Shown: positions 1-8,557 of the stretch, piece after piece
Position numbering within the stretch: position 1 is the first letter of the stretch
How the letters are laid out: every line of letters starts with the position of its first letter
Assembly (NCBI GenBank): GCA_025980465.1
Contig: JAICXJ010000011.1
Coordinates: forward strand, 11,056-75,055
Direction: 5' to 3'
Length of the DNA stretch: 64,000 nucleotides
Origin: Frankiales bacterium
GTDB taxonomy: Bacteria; Actinomycetota; Actinomycetes; JAFAQI01
Program-made: the position numbers and the translations under genes
The notes under the pieces: generated by a model
The model's database searches: none
Seen by the model: only the letters and a program-made list of their open reading frames with translations
Told to the model about the DNA's origin: nothing

Positions 1-460
1 TGCTGTAGGTCACGAAGACGTCCACGAGCTGGTTGGGCTGCAGGTAACGCGCGACGCCCGCGTTGATCGGCAACGTGATCGCAATCGCGACATTGCCCTT
101 GGCCGGCTGAACCAAGCCGGTGCCGGCGCCCTGGGCGAAGTCGGTCAGTGAGAGCTGGCCGCCCTTGGCGATGGCTGCGCTGGTCACGTAGTTCGCGGCA
201 GCGCTCGAGGTGAGCTGCGACATCGCGGTCAGCGCGCCGGTCACGACGTACGCCGAGGGAATCTGGGCGACGTGGACGTGTGATGCGACGGTGCCCGCTG
301 AGGTGCCAGCTGCGATCGGGGCATCCGCCACGATCACCGGCGTCGTTGCCTTGCCGCTCGAGATCTTGTTGTTCACGTGCCTGCCGTAGACGAACACCAG
401 GCTCGCGCCGATGAGCGCGACGATGATGCCGACAATGACACTGATGTTGAGCTTGCGCAT
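1..460 (-). CDS. cpaB: Flp pilus assembly protein CpaB/RcpC (partial; C-terminus beyond window start)
   Basis: Not in the ORF track because it runs off the edge. Reverse translation from ATG (460..458) gives MRKLNISVIVGIIVALIGASLVFVYGRHVNNKISSGKATTPVIVADAPIAAGTS..., an N-terminal TM anchor followed by a SAF-like segment. It lies 2 nt downstream of the tadE-like gene. Confidence 0.7.
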   Translation of the reverse strand, partial: MRKLNISVIVGIIVALIGASLVFVYGRHVNNKISSGKATTPVIVADAPIAAGTSAGTVASHVHVAQIPSAYVVTGALTAMSQLTSSAAANYVTSAAIAKGGQLSLTDFAQGAGTGLVQPAKGNVAIAITLPINAGVARYLQPNQLVDVFVTYS

Positions 461-462
461 GA

Positions 463-930
463 CTACTCCTCACGCCCTGAGGCGGCCGCCGTGACGGCGA
501 CGGTCGATGAATGGGTGATGCCGGCCATGCTCAACAGATCTCCGAGAGGGCCGAGGTTCGAGGTCTTGGTGACGGTGATGCTGAAGGTCTGACCAGGGGC
601 CAGGTTGTTCGGACAGGTGAACGGCGCGATCGTGTACTGCGACTGGGCAGTTGTGTCGTTGGCGATCCCCAGCGAGCGGTACAACTCGTGGGTCACCTCG
701 GTGCAGGTCGGACGGCGCGTAGTTGCGGTGCCGTCCGGGTCGTACGCCGGCGCGTTGGGTGACGCGGTCGCGTAACGAACGACGTCGTTCATCGCGCGGT
801 CGAGGGAGAGCTTGCTCGCGAATGTGCTTCCGAGTGGCCACGCGAGGGCGACCAAGCCGAGAAGCACGCCGAGGAGCAGCGCGAACTCCACCGTGGCGAC
901 GCCACTCTCGCTGCCAGTGCGCCGCCTCAT
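463..930 (-). CDS. TadE-like pilus assembly (pseudopilin-like) protein
   Basis: 155-aa ORF. The N-terminus MRRRTGSESGVATVEFALLLGVLLGL matches the TadE/TadG N-terminal motif (G-x-x-x-VEFAL plus a hydrophobic helix). It overlaps the upstream gene by 4 nt. Confidence 0.8.
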   Translation of the reverse strand: MRRRTGSESGVATVEFALLLGVLLGLVALAWPLGSTFASKLSLDRAMNDVVRYATASPNAPAYDPDGTATTRRPTCTEVTHELYRSLGIANDTTAQSQYTIAPFTCPNNLAPGQTFSITVTKTSNLGPLGDLLSMAGITHSSTVAVTAAASGREE

Positions 931-1370
931 TGCCGACGCTCCGTCGCGGACTGGCTGATCGAGGAGATTCCGGATAGGCCAGGGACCAGCGAGGACAACT
1001 GCGAGAGCACCGGGAGCTGGTAGGTGATCGTCACGGTGACCAGATCGCCTTCCGCGGGCGTCGGATCGTTGCCCTGCGAGTGCGCGGTCGCGTCGGACGG
1101 ATCCGGGATCAAGGCTCCGGCGACCTGGTGGGCGTCGGTCGTGAGACTGGAGGTGTCTTGGGCGGGGTAGGTGGAGTTTCCGGACACCGGAATCGACAGC
1201 TGCCGCGCCATCGTCCGCGCGACGTGTCCCGCCACGGCGTTGTAGTAGAAGAACATCGCGCCGTAGAACGCGAACATCATCGTCGCCAGGACGATCGGGA
1301 ACACCAGCGCGAACTCCAGCGCCGTGGCGCCGGAGTCACGCTCCTCAGAAGGGTGCAGCCGTCGGATCAT
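927..1370 (-). CDS. TadE-like pilus assembly protein
   Basis: Start set at the internal ATG of track ORF 927..2099 (MIRRLHPSEERDSGATALEFALVFPIVLAT...), giving 147 aa. The longer N-terminal extension is Arg/Pro-rich and overlaps the tadG-like gene. ATGA overlap with the stop of 1370..2491. Confidence 0.8.
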   Translation of the reverse strand: MIRRLHPSEERDSGATALEFALVFPIVLATMMFAFYGAMFFYYNAVAGHVARTMARQLSIPVSGNSTYPAQDTSSLTTDAHQVAGALIPDPSDATAHSQGNDPTPAEGDLVTVTITYQLPVLSQLSSLVPGLSGISSISQSATERRQ

Positions 1371-2491
1371 CACGAGTTCCGCAGTGAGGCTCGGAAGGCG
1401 CCTGGGGCCGCGACGGCGCAACCGGCGAAGTCGGTCAGGTGCGCGATGTACTGCCCGTTGACCTGCGCCATGCAGACCGGCACGAAGTCGAGGAACGGGA
1501 TCGTCAGCGCAGTGATGGTCTGCGGTACGACCACGGCGAGGATCGGCTCGTTGGAGGTCACCGCGTCGGAGAGGATGGTGTTCAGGCTCGGGCCGCCGCT
1601 CGGCGGGTCGACCGCATCGGCGATGTCGCCCTGCAGGTCCGACAGCACATTCGAGCACGACGAGATCAGCGGAATCTTCGACAGCAGCCCTTCGAGGTCG
1701 GTCATCGTGTTGAGGACCAAGGTCCGGGCGTTCTGCAATGCCGGGTTGACGTTGATCGTCGTACCACCCGGCAGCGTCGCCTCCGGGATGACCACGATGT
1801 TCTTGAAGCGTCGCCGTGCGAACGACGCCGTGGTCTGGGTCTTGCCGCCGGAGCTGCTGCTGAAGATCTGGTCGAAGGGACTCTGCACCTTCCAGCTCAT
1901 CGTCACCTTGACACCCGGATCGAGCAGGGCCGGCAACGCCGGTGCGAGCCCGGCGAGGATCTTGTTGGGGTCGAGCCCACCCAGGCCGAGACCACCGAGC
2001 AAGCCGCCGAGCCCGTTGAGCAGACCGGCGGTGGCGCCGTTCAGGCAGCTTTGAAGATCGCCGATGACGCTGTCCTGCGGGACGTACGACGCGGAGCACG
2101 TGACGGCCGAGTCGGTGCCGGCATTCGCGTAGGAATAGGCCAAGTTGTTCTGGTTTTCGGCGTCACGCTTGGCTGCTGTGCACGCGTCGGTCAGCGGATC
2201 GGGCAGATTGGGATTGCTCAGGCCGAGCTGGGAAAGCGTCGTACCCGGAAGCTGAGTCCCGGTGATCTGGTTGAGGTAGTCCCCTGCAAATGTGAGGTTT
2301 CCCAACGGAATCTCAGAGGCCCCGGCGAGTGCTCCGGTGTCGGATGCTCGCTGCAGTTCGGCGGCGGTGGTGGTGCGGACGTAGGTGCTGGTGCCGAGGG
2401 CGATCGCAGGCACGAGAGCGAACGCAAGCAGGAGCGCGACGAAGACAGCCACTGCGCCCTGATCGTCTCGGTACTTGCGCGAGCCTCGCAC
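1370..2491 (-). CDS. TadG-like Flp pilus assembly protein (Tad_N-type N-terminus)
   Basis: 373 aa. MRGSRKYRDDQGAVAVFVALLLAFALVPAIALG is typical of the TadG-like N-terminal domain. The rest looks secreted, with a Gly/Leu low-complexity block. It sits between flp and the tadE genes. Confidence 0.7.
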   Translation of the reverse strand: MRGSRKYRDDQGAVAVFVALLLAFALVPAIALGTSTYVRTTTAAELQRASDTGALAGASEIPLGNLTFAGDYLNQITGTQLPGTTLSQLGLSNPNLPDPLTDACTAAKRDAENQNNLAYSYANAGTDSAVTCSASYVPQDSVIGDLQSCLNGATAGLLNGLGGLLGGLGLGGLDPNKILAGLAPALPALLDPGVKVTMSWKVQSPFDQIFSSSSGGKTQTTASFARRRFKNIVVIPEATLPGGTTINVNPALQNARTLVLNTMTDLEGLLSKIPLISSCSNVLSDLQGDIADAVDPPSGGPSLNTILSDAVTSNEPILAVVVPQTITALTIPFLDFVPVCMAQVNGQYIAHLTDFAGCAVAAPGAFRASLRNS

Positions 2492-2592
2492 TGTTGACCT
2501 CTCTCCTGACAGTGCGACGCGGCCGGGGTCGGGGCCGGCCGCGTCGCACTTGCCGACGGAAGAACCTGCTTTGCTCTATCGGGAACCTCGGG

Positions 2593-2608
2593 TAGCTAGC
2601 TAGCTAGC
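2593..2608. repeat. (TAGC)x4 tetranucleotide repeat of overlapping CTAG palindromes
   Basis: The sequence tagctagctagctagc is read directly. It contains the flp stop codon (2600-2602, minus strand) and places TAG in all three frames on both strands. Confidence 0.95.
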
Positions 2609-2815
2609 TGTCCCGCAGGTCGTCGTCGGCGTCTTCACGCAGTTGCTGACGTTCGTGAACTTCTGGTTCAGGGTCGAGCCGAGAATCGCCACGACGCCCG
2701 CGATGACGGCCGCGATGAGCGCGACCATCAGGCCGTACTCGACGGCGGTGGCGCCGGTGTCGTCTCTGTGGAAGCCGTTCCGAACTCGGGCGATGAGCGC
2801 GTACATGGTGTGCAT
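2600..2815 (-). CDS. flp: Flp family type IVb pilin
   Basis: 71 aa. The leader ends ...DDTG and is followed by ATAVEYGLMVALIAAVIAGVVAILG, the Flp G/xxxxEY processing motif plus a hydrophobic helix. It heads the tad gene string. Confidence 0.9.
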   Translation of the reverse strand: MHTMYALIARVRNGFHRDDTGATAVEYGLMVALIAAVIAGVVAILGSTLNQKFTNVSNCVKTPTTTCGTAS

Positions 2816-2910
2816 GGGATCTTCCTCTCGCGTCTGGGGTGAACCTTCCGGTTCGCTGTCGCCGGTCCATGAATCGGTCAGCCAGATTCGGCAAACGATG
2901 GCGAGAACGG

Positions 2911-2978
2911 GCTATCTTCCGTAGTCAATAATTACTAGTTAGTGACCTATTTGGACTACTTTGCCTTAGGTGATATCC
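2911..2978 (-). promoter_or_regulatory. AT-rich putative promoter/regulator-binding region upstream of flp (divergent to ppiA)
   Basis: Clear local GC drop (gctatcttccgtagtcaataattactagttagtgacctatttggactactttgccttaggtgatatcc), 100-160 nt upstream of the flp start. I could not assign -10/-35 boxes confidently. Confidence 0.3.
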
Positions 2979-3172
2979 GGACATGGCCGGTGCGTCGGAT
3001 AGGCCGGACAGCGGAGGAATTGATGACTTCGCGTGGCCCGACCGGGCTACACCTACTGGGTGATGCGGAGGGTCTTGGCTAGTCCTGACGCACGGCCTGA
3101 TCGCCGGCATCGGGAGTCGTGCAACGATGGCTGGCCGGCCGTGCTGGCCCAACTACCAACCCGAGGAGAACA

Positions 3173-3703
3173 GTGGCCGAGGAGCTTTACGCCACCTTGT
3201 CGACCAGCGAGGGTGAGATCCGGGTGCAGCTATTCCCGAACCACGCCCCCAAGACAGTGGCGAACTTCACCGAGCTGGCCGAGGGGACTCGGGAGTGGAC
3301 CGACCCGCGCAGCGGCACGAAGGGCAGCACTCCGTTGTACGACGGCACGGTGTTCCACCGGGTCATCAGCGGCTTCATGATCCAGGGTGGCGACCCGCTC
3401 GGCACCGGCACGGGTGGACCGGGCTACCGCTTCAACGACGAGATCCACCCCGAGCTCGCGTTCACCAAGCCCTACCTGCTCGCGATGGCCAATGCCGGCC
3501 CGGGAACGAATGGCTCGCAGTTCTTCATCACCGTGGCGCCGACGACCTGGCTGACCGGCAAGCACACCATCTTCGGCGAGGTTGCTGACGCGGACAGCCG
3601 CGCGGTGGTCGACAAGATCGCTGCCACCGAGACCGGTCAGATGGACCGGCCGCTGACGGACGTCGTGATTGAGAAGGTCACGGTCGAGCGGACCTCGTCC
3701 TGA
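3173..3703 (+). CDS. ppiA: Cyclophilin-type peptidyl-prolyl cis-trans isomerase
   Basis: Motifs HAPKTVANFTELAEG, FHRVISGFMIQGGDP and GTNGSQFFIT. Start moved from track 3119 to the in-frame GTG at 3173, which follows GAGGAG (3163-3168). Confidence 0.9.
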   Translation: MAEELYATLSTSEGEIRVQLFPNHAPKTVANFTELAEGTREWTDPRSGTKGSTPLYDGTVFHRVISGFMIQGGDPLGTGTGGPGYRFNDEIHPELAFTKPYLLAMANAGPGTNGSQFFITVAPTTWLTGKHTIFGEVADADSRAVVDKIAATETGQMDRPLTDVVIEKVTVERTSS

Positions 3704-3704
3704 G

Positions 3705-4691
3705 GTGACGGTGACGGGCGACGAACCGGTCGCCGGGGTGGTCGAGCACTGCTATCGCCATCCCGGCGTCGAGACCGGAGTGCACTGTGTGCGCTGCGAT
3801 CGTCCGATCTGCCCGAGTTGCATGATCCCGGCTTCGGTCGGATTCCACTGTCCGGAGTGCGTCTCCGAAGGCCGTCGGGCGATGCGGCAAACCCGCACGG
3901 TGTATGGCGGACGAGTCCGCCCGGGTGCGCCGGCCGGGCTGGTGACTCGGGTGCTGATCGGCATCAACGTCGCGATGTTCATCGTCACGAGTGCAAGCGG
4001 CGTGAATCCGCTCAGCGGCAGCGGCACCTCGAAGGTCTTCGATCACCTCGCGTTGATCCCGCCCGCCGTCGCGCACGGCGAGTGGTGGCGGTTGTTCACC
4101 GCCGCCTTCCTGCACTTCGGGATATTCCACATCGGCTTCAACATGTACGCGCTGTGGATCTTCGGGCCGCCGCTCGAGGCCGCACTCGGCCGGCTTCGTT
4201 TCGTCGCGCTGTACCTGCTAGGCGGGCTAGGGGGCAGCGTCTTGTCGGTGGCGCTCGGCCCGCTGAACGAAACGGCGGCCGGCGCCTCCGGCGCGATCTT
4301 CGGACTGTTCGGAGCGCTGTACGTCGTCGCCAGGCATCGCAACCTGCAGACGCAACCCATCGTGTTCACGATCGTGGCCAACCTCGTCATCACCTTCGCC
4401 GTGTCGAACATCGACTGGCGTGGGCACGTCGGCGGGTTGGTCGTCGGTGGCGCGATCGCGCTCCTGTTCGCATTTGCCCCGCAGGGTCCGCATCGGGATC
4501 GCCTTCAAGCCGTCGGCGTCGGCCTGGTGTGCGTCGTGCTCGCCGCCGGAGGGCTGGCCGCGGCTAGTCACGACAACGCTCGATGCCGGACGGCAACCTC
4601 CACGGCGCTGCGGCTTGGCAACCAGATGTCCGCTACTCAGTTTCAGGACGCGGTGAGCTGCCAGCGCTACGACCCGCAAACCGGCGGCTAG
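3705..4691 (+). CDS. Rhomboid family intramembrane serine protease with N-terminal Cys-rich zinc ribbon
   Basis: CYRHPG..CVRCDRPICPSC..HCPEC is followed by a multi-TM core with GASGAIFGLFG (catalytic Ser) and HVGGLVVGG (catalytic His). GTG 3705 lies directly after the ppiA stop. Alternative starts are 3711 and the track start 3669. Confidence 0.85.
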   Translation: MTVTGDEPVAGVVEHCYRHPGVETGVHCVRCDRPICPSCMIPASVGFHCPECVSEGRRAMRQTRTVYGGRVRPGAPAGLVTRVLIGINVAMFIVTSASGVNPLSGSGTSKVFDHLALIPPAVAHGEWWRLFTAAFLHFGIFHIGFNMYALWIFGPPLEAALGRLRFVALYLLGGLGGSVLSVALGPLNETAAGASGAIFGLFGALYVVARHRNLQTQPIVFTIVANLVITFAVSNIDWRGHVGGLVVGGAIALLFAFAPQGPHRDRLQAVGVGLVCVVLAAGGLAAASHDNARCRTATSTALRLGNQMSATQFQDAVSCQRYDPQTGG

Positions 4692-4786
4692 CGGGAACAC
4701 CCCAGAACTCGATTCGGTTTACCTCCTAGAATGATCGCGAGCCGGGACGCACCGGACTCGTTCAGACTCTTTCGAGGAGGCTCGCC

Positions 4787-5932
4787 ATGGCGCGGGACGC
4801 TGTAATCGTCGAGGCGGTGCGCACCCCGGTCGGGCGGCGCAACGGCGCCTACTCCGACGTCCACCCGGTCGACCTGTCGGCCCATGTTCTCGAGTCGTTG
4901 GCCGAGCGCACCGGCATCAACCCCGAGGTCGTCGACGACGTCATATGGGGTGTCGTGAGCCAGGTCGGCGAGCAGGCGATGAACGTCGGCCGCAATGCCG
5001 TTCTCGGCGCTGGCTGGCCGGAGTCGATCCCCGGCACCAGCGTGGACCGGCAGTGCGGGTCGAGTCAGCAGGCTGTCCACTTCGCGGCCGCCGGCGTGAT
5101 TTCCGGCCAGTACGACGTCGCCATCGCCGGCGGCGTCGAAGTCATGACCCGGGTTCCGATGGGTTCCTCACTCGGCGCGAACGTCGGCTTCCCGATGGGC
5201 CCGCGGATGCTCGCCCGGTACGAGGGTCAGCAGATCAACCAAGGTCTCGGCGCCGAGATGATCGCCGAGCGCTGGGGACTGAGCCGGACCGAGATCGACG
5301 AGTTCTCGCTCGGCTCGCACGAGAAGGCAGCCGCTGCGATTGACTCGGGCGCGTTCGCCAAGCAGTACGCCGTCGTACCCGGCACTGGCCTCGAGGCGGA
5401 TGAAGGCGTCCGCCGCGGCGGCACCATCGACAAGCTCGCCGAGCTCAAGACGGCGTTCAAGGAGGACGGCGTCATCACCGCCGCCAACTCCTCGCAGATC
5501 TCCGACGGCTCCGGCGCGCTGCTCATCACCACCTCCGAGAAGGCGGCCGAGCTCGGCCTCAAGCCGCTGGTGCGGCTCCACAGCTTTGCGCTCGCCGGCG
5601 ACGACCCGGTCATCATGCTGACCGCGCCGATCCCGGCGACGGCCAAGGTTCTGAAGAAGTCCGGGCTGTCGATCTCCGACATCGGCGCCTTCGAGATCAA
5701 CGAGGCGTTTGCCCCGGTCCCGATGGCGTGGTTGAAGGAGACCGGCGCGGACCCGAAGTTGTTGAACCCGCTCGGCGGCGCGATCGCGATCGGTCACCCG
5801 CTCGGCGGCTCCGGCGCGGTCCTGATGACCCGCCTCGTCCACCACATGGTCGACAACGGGATCTCCTACGGGTTGCAGAGCATGTGTGAAGGCGGCGGGA
5901 TGGCGAACGCGACCATCCTCGAGCTGCTCTAA
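4787..5932 (+). CDS. Acetyl-CoA C-acyltransferase (thiolase)
   Basis: 381 aa. Motifs MARDAVIVEAVRTPVGRRNG, VDRQCGSSQQAV (active-site Cys), NPLGGAIAIGHPLGGSGA and CEGGGMANA. GAGGAG lies just upstream of the ATG. Confidence 0.9.
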   Translation: MARDAVIVEAVRTPVGRRNGAYSDVHPVDLSAHVLESLAERTGINPEVVDDVIWGVVSQVGEQAMNVGRNAVLGAGWPESIPGTSVDRQCGSSQQAVHFAAAGVISGQYDVAIAGGVEVMTRVPMGSSLGANVGFPMGPRMLARYEGQQINQGLGAEMIAERWGLSRTEIDEFSLGSHEKAAAAIDSGAFAKQYAVVPGTGLEADEGVRRGGTIDKLAELKTAFKEDGVITAANSSQISDGSGALLITTSEKAAELGLKPLVRLHSFALAGDDPVIMLTAPIPATAKVLKKSGLSISDIGAFEINEAFAPVPMAWLKETGADPKLLNPLGGAIAIGHPLGGSGAVLMTRLVHHMVDNGISYGLQSMCEGGGMANATILELL

Positions 5933-5943
5933 CTAACGCGAAC

Positions 5944-5987
5944 TTGTCAGCGGCACAGGGGGCTATAGCACTCTGAGCCGCTGACAA
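5944..5987. terminator. Bidirectional hairpin between convergent thiolase and hydrolase genes
   Basis: Perfect 11-bp inverted repeat, ttgtcagcggc (5944-5954) and gccgctgacaa (5977-5987), with a 22-nt loop. There is no U-tract. Confidence 0.5.
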
Positions 5988-5993
5988 CCTTCG

Positions 5994-6938
5994 CTAGCGG
6001 GAGGCGTGGCGGAGGTCGCGCTGGTCCCAGGCCTCGAGCAGGCTTGACAGCACGTCCTCGGCTTCGCCCAGCCCGCCGAGATGGCTCTCGCCGGGCTGGA
6101 TCTGCATCCGTGAGTTCGGCAGCAGCGACACCATGTGCTGGCCGTGTGCGAACGGGATGATGTGGTCGGCGTCGCCGTGCCACCACACGACCGGCACCTT
6201 GACATCTCGTACCGAGAACCCCCAGTCGCGCCCGAACAGGACGGCGTCGTAGACCGGCGCGCGAAGGCCGAGCTGGCTGCCGACGAACAGGTCGTCGAGG
6301 AACATCGCGGCAAACTCCGGCCGGCCGAGCAGCCGCCGGTCGCCCTCCGGCGAGACCCTCGCGTAGAGCGCCACCGCGGTGCCGCCGAGCGGGCGAGCCG
6401 TCCGCACGAAGGTCGAGACGCCGAAGGCGAGCGGCTCCCGTAGCGCGGTCAGCGGCAGCTGGAACCTGGCGGCGAGCGAGACGATCCCGCCGTCGGCCGC
6501 CTCCGGGCCGACCGAGGGCGCGACGCCGCCGAGCACGACGGCGGCCCGGACCTGACTCGGGAGCTCGTGGGCGGTGGCCAATACATACGGCCCGCCGCCG
6601 GACAGCCCGATCAGCCCGAAGTCGTCGATGTCGAGTCGGACCGCCAACTCGGCGAGGTCGGCGGCGAAGTCGATGACCCGGCGGTAGAGATGGGGGGTCG
6701 ACGAGCCGGTGCCGGGCCGGTCGACGCCGATCAGCCGGAGACCCAGGCGGTCAGCGGAAACCCGGGCCGGCTGCGGGATCTGCCGCCTCCCGCCCGGCGT
6801 TCCGTGCAGCCAGAAGACCGGCCGGCCGCGGTGGGCGCCGAACTCGGCGAACCCGAGGCGGCGGCCGTCATCGAGGCCGATCGTTCCTTCCAGGCGGGGC
6901 CGGGTGAGCAGGGCGGCCCGCTGCGCGGCGCTATTCAT
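5994..6938 (-). CDS. Alpha/beta-fold hydrolase
   Basis: 314 aa. GLSGGGPY nucleophile elbow (G-x-S-x-G), an HG-type oxyanion region (FWLHGTPGG), and a late WWHGDADHIIP...H segment. Confidence 0.75.
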   Translation of the reverse strand: MNSAAQRAALLTRPRLEGTIGLDDGRRLGFAEFGAHRGRPVFWLHGTPGGRRQIPQPARVSADRLGLRLIGVDRPGTGSSTPHLYRRVIDFAADLAELAVRLDIDDFGLIGLSGGGPYVLATAHELPSQVRAAVVLGGVAPSVGPEAADGGIVSLAARFQLPLTALREPLAFGVSTFVRTARPLGGTAVALYARVSPEGDRRLLGRPEFAAMFLDDLFVGSQLGLRAPVYDAVLFGRDWGFSVRDVKVPVVWWHGDADHIIPFAHGQHMVSLLPNSRMQIQPGESHLGGLGEAEDVLSSLLEAWDQRDLRHASR

Positions 6939-7173
6939 CGCTGATCTTCTCGGCGGTTTCCCGCAGCTTTTTGAAGTCCTTGCCCTGGGTGTCGCTCACC
7001 AGCGAGTCGGTCGCCGTGAAGCCCCAGCCGTTGTACTTGACGGCGATCCGGGCGAATCGGTGCCGGGCCGGCTTACCGCACCGCGTACATGGCCGGTCGG
7101 CGGTTTCGCCGAGCGGGAGCAGCACCTCGGACTCGTGATCGCAGGCGGTGCACCGGAACAGGTACAGGGGCAC
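6931..7173 (-). CDS. FmdB-family zinc-ribbon protein
   Basis: 80 aa. MPLYLFRCTACDHESEVL...CTRCG, a CxxC...CxxC ribbon at the N-terminus. Its 3' end overlaps the hydrolase start by 8 nt. Confidence 0.75.
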   Translation of the reverse strand: MPLYLFRCTACDHESEVLLPLGETADRPCTRCGKPARHRFARIAVKYNGWGFTATDSLVSDTQGKDFKKLRETAEKISDE

Positions 7174-7302
7174 GGCTCAGGCCGCTGGCCGCGGTGGCCG
7201 GGTAATCCACACTGTGGGAAACCTCTGTGGGCAAATGACAGCAGTGTGACTACCGACGTGTCTCTCGCCAAAACCGCAGGTCAACGCCATGGCAGTGACT
7301 GT

Positions 7303-7551
7303 TCAGCGCCACTGGGTCGACATGCCGAAGCCGCCGATGATGAACGCGAAGCCGATCAGCAGGTTCCAGTTGGACAGCGATTTGATGGGCAGGCTGCCAC
7401 CTGTGACGTAGAACAGCACCAGCCAGACGATCCCGACCAGGAAGCACGCCAGCATCGCCGGCGCGACCCAGCGTGGGCTGACCGCCTTCTTCGCAGAGCG
7501 GGTCGGCGGTGGCGTGTACGGCGTCTTGGTGCGCACGCGCGACTTGGGCAC
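7303..7551 (-). CDS. crgA: Cell division protein CrgA
   Basis: 82 aa. MPKSRVRTK...[24 protein letters not shown]...[22 protein letters not shown], the two-TM CrgA signature, in the conserved position next to the sortase and pknB neighbourhood. Confidence 0.9.
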   Translation of the reverse strand: MPKSRVRTKTPYTPPPTRSAKKAVSPRWVAPAMLACFLVGIVWLVLFYVTGGSLPIKSLSNWNLLIGFAFIIGGFGMSTQWR

Positions 7552-7595
7552 GAACCCTCCTTCTCCGGAGCCTGACTGAGCACTAGCGTAGACGG

Positions 7596-8345
7596 GTGGA
7601 CACGGGCGTGGCGGCCACCGGCGAAATGGCGCCCGCCTCAGCGCGCGGCCAGTCCTGGCGGACCGTCGTACGCGGGCTCGGACAGACCCTGATCACCGCG
7701 GGGCTGGTCATCCTGCTGTTTGTCGTCTACGAGCTGTGGTGGACCGGTTTCACCACCAAGCGCGATCAGCACCGGCTGCTCACCCAACTCCGGCAGGAGT
7801 GGGCGGCCGGCAAGTTCCTCGCGGACCCGCCGCTCGGGTCCGGCATCGCGCTCCTGCGGATCCCACGCTTCGGCACCCATTACCTGTTCGTGATCGTGCA
7901 AGGCACCTCGACCGCCGACCTCATCAAGGGCCCTGGTCACTATCCCGGCACCGCGATGCCGGGTCAGGTGGGGAACTTCGCGGTCGCCGGGCACCGGACC
8001 ACCTACCTGCACCCCTTCTACAACATCAACCAGCTCAAGTCGGGCGATCCGATCGTGCTCGAGACCGCCAAGACCTGGTTCACCTACACCGTCGAGAACA
8101 TCCCCGGTACGGCGGCGAAGCACCAGGAGATCGTCTCGCCCAATGACATCGCGGTCTCTTACCCGGTGCCGGATCAGCCTGACCAGGCGCTCAAAGCGAC
8201 CGAGAAGGTGCTGACCTTCACCTCTTGTAACCCGCGCTACTCAGCGGCGCAGCGCATCGTCGTCCACGCCCTGCTCACCAACGTCACCGCCAAGTCGGCG
8301 GGTCTGCCGCCCGCCCTCGCCGGCTACACCTTGAAGCAGACCTGA
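7596..8345 (+). CDS. Class E sortase
   Basis: 249 aa. N-terminal TM, catalytic His (VAGHRTTY), the TFTSCNP Cys motif, and Arg (QRIVVHA). Confidence 0.85.
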   Translation: MDTGVAATGEMAPASARGQSWRTVVRGLGQTLITAGLVILLFVVYELWWTGFTTKRDQHRLLTQLRQEWAAGKFLADPPLGSGIALLRIPRFGTHYLFVIVQGTSTADLIKGPGHYPGTAMPGQVGNFAVAGHRTTYLHPFYNINQLKSGDPIVLETAKTWFTYTVENIPGTAAKHQEIVSPNDIAVSYPVPDQPDQALKATEKVLTFTSCNPRYSAAQRIVVHALLTNVTAKSAGLPPALAGYTLKQT

Positions 8346-8346
8346 G

Positions 8347-8550
8347 ATGTACACATGGATCTGGCGCAGGATTCCGGGCGGCATCCCGGGGAAGCTGTTC
8401 GGCTGCCTGGTTCTGTTGTTCGCCGTGCTGGTGCTGCTGTTCCTCGTGGTCTTCCCCTGGGCTGGGCCGAAGCTGCCCTTCAACCATGTGACAGTCGACG
8501 GGCCGAGCACACCCAGGCCGACCTCCAGCGCCCCGGCGGTGCCGAACTAG
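8347..8550 (+). CDS. Small hydrophobic membrane protein (no family recognised)
   Basis: 67 aa. The ATG lies 1 nt after the sortase stop. TM helix LFGCLVLLFAVLVLLFLVVFPW, with a Pro/Ser/Thr tail. Confidence 0.5.
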   Translation: MYTWIWRRIPGGIPGKLFGCLVLLFAVLVLLFLVVFPWAGPKLPFNHVTVDGPSTPRPTSSAPAVPN

Positions 8551-8557
8551 GCCCACG

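Noticed and set aside
927-2497. Long alternative ORFs overlapping the tad genes: the 390-aa version of 927..2099, plus-strand 1080..2054, and 1439..2497.
   Set aside because: Their translations are Arg/Pro/Gly-rich with no recognisable motifs, typical of GC-rich shadow frames. They overlap ORFs that carry clear TadE/TadG signatures. The same reasoning applies to 8888..10102, 12818..14104, 19105..19896, 44713..45975, 53380..54591, 57020..58129, 60420..61544 and similar ORFs.
4692-4786. A KstR-type operator upstream of the thiolase, which would suggest a steroid or lipid catabolic regulon.
   Set aside because: The candidate agaactcgattc is not palindromic and does not match the TnnAACnnGTTnnA pattern. 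Only a TAGAAT -10-like hexamer is seen.
7174-7302. The near-palindrome ccacactgtggg, with related ctgtggg and cagtgtgac words, between the FmdB-like gene and crgA, considered as an operator.
   Set aside because: The central pair is mismatched, the element is short, and there is no second copy. This is insufficient to call a binding site.
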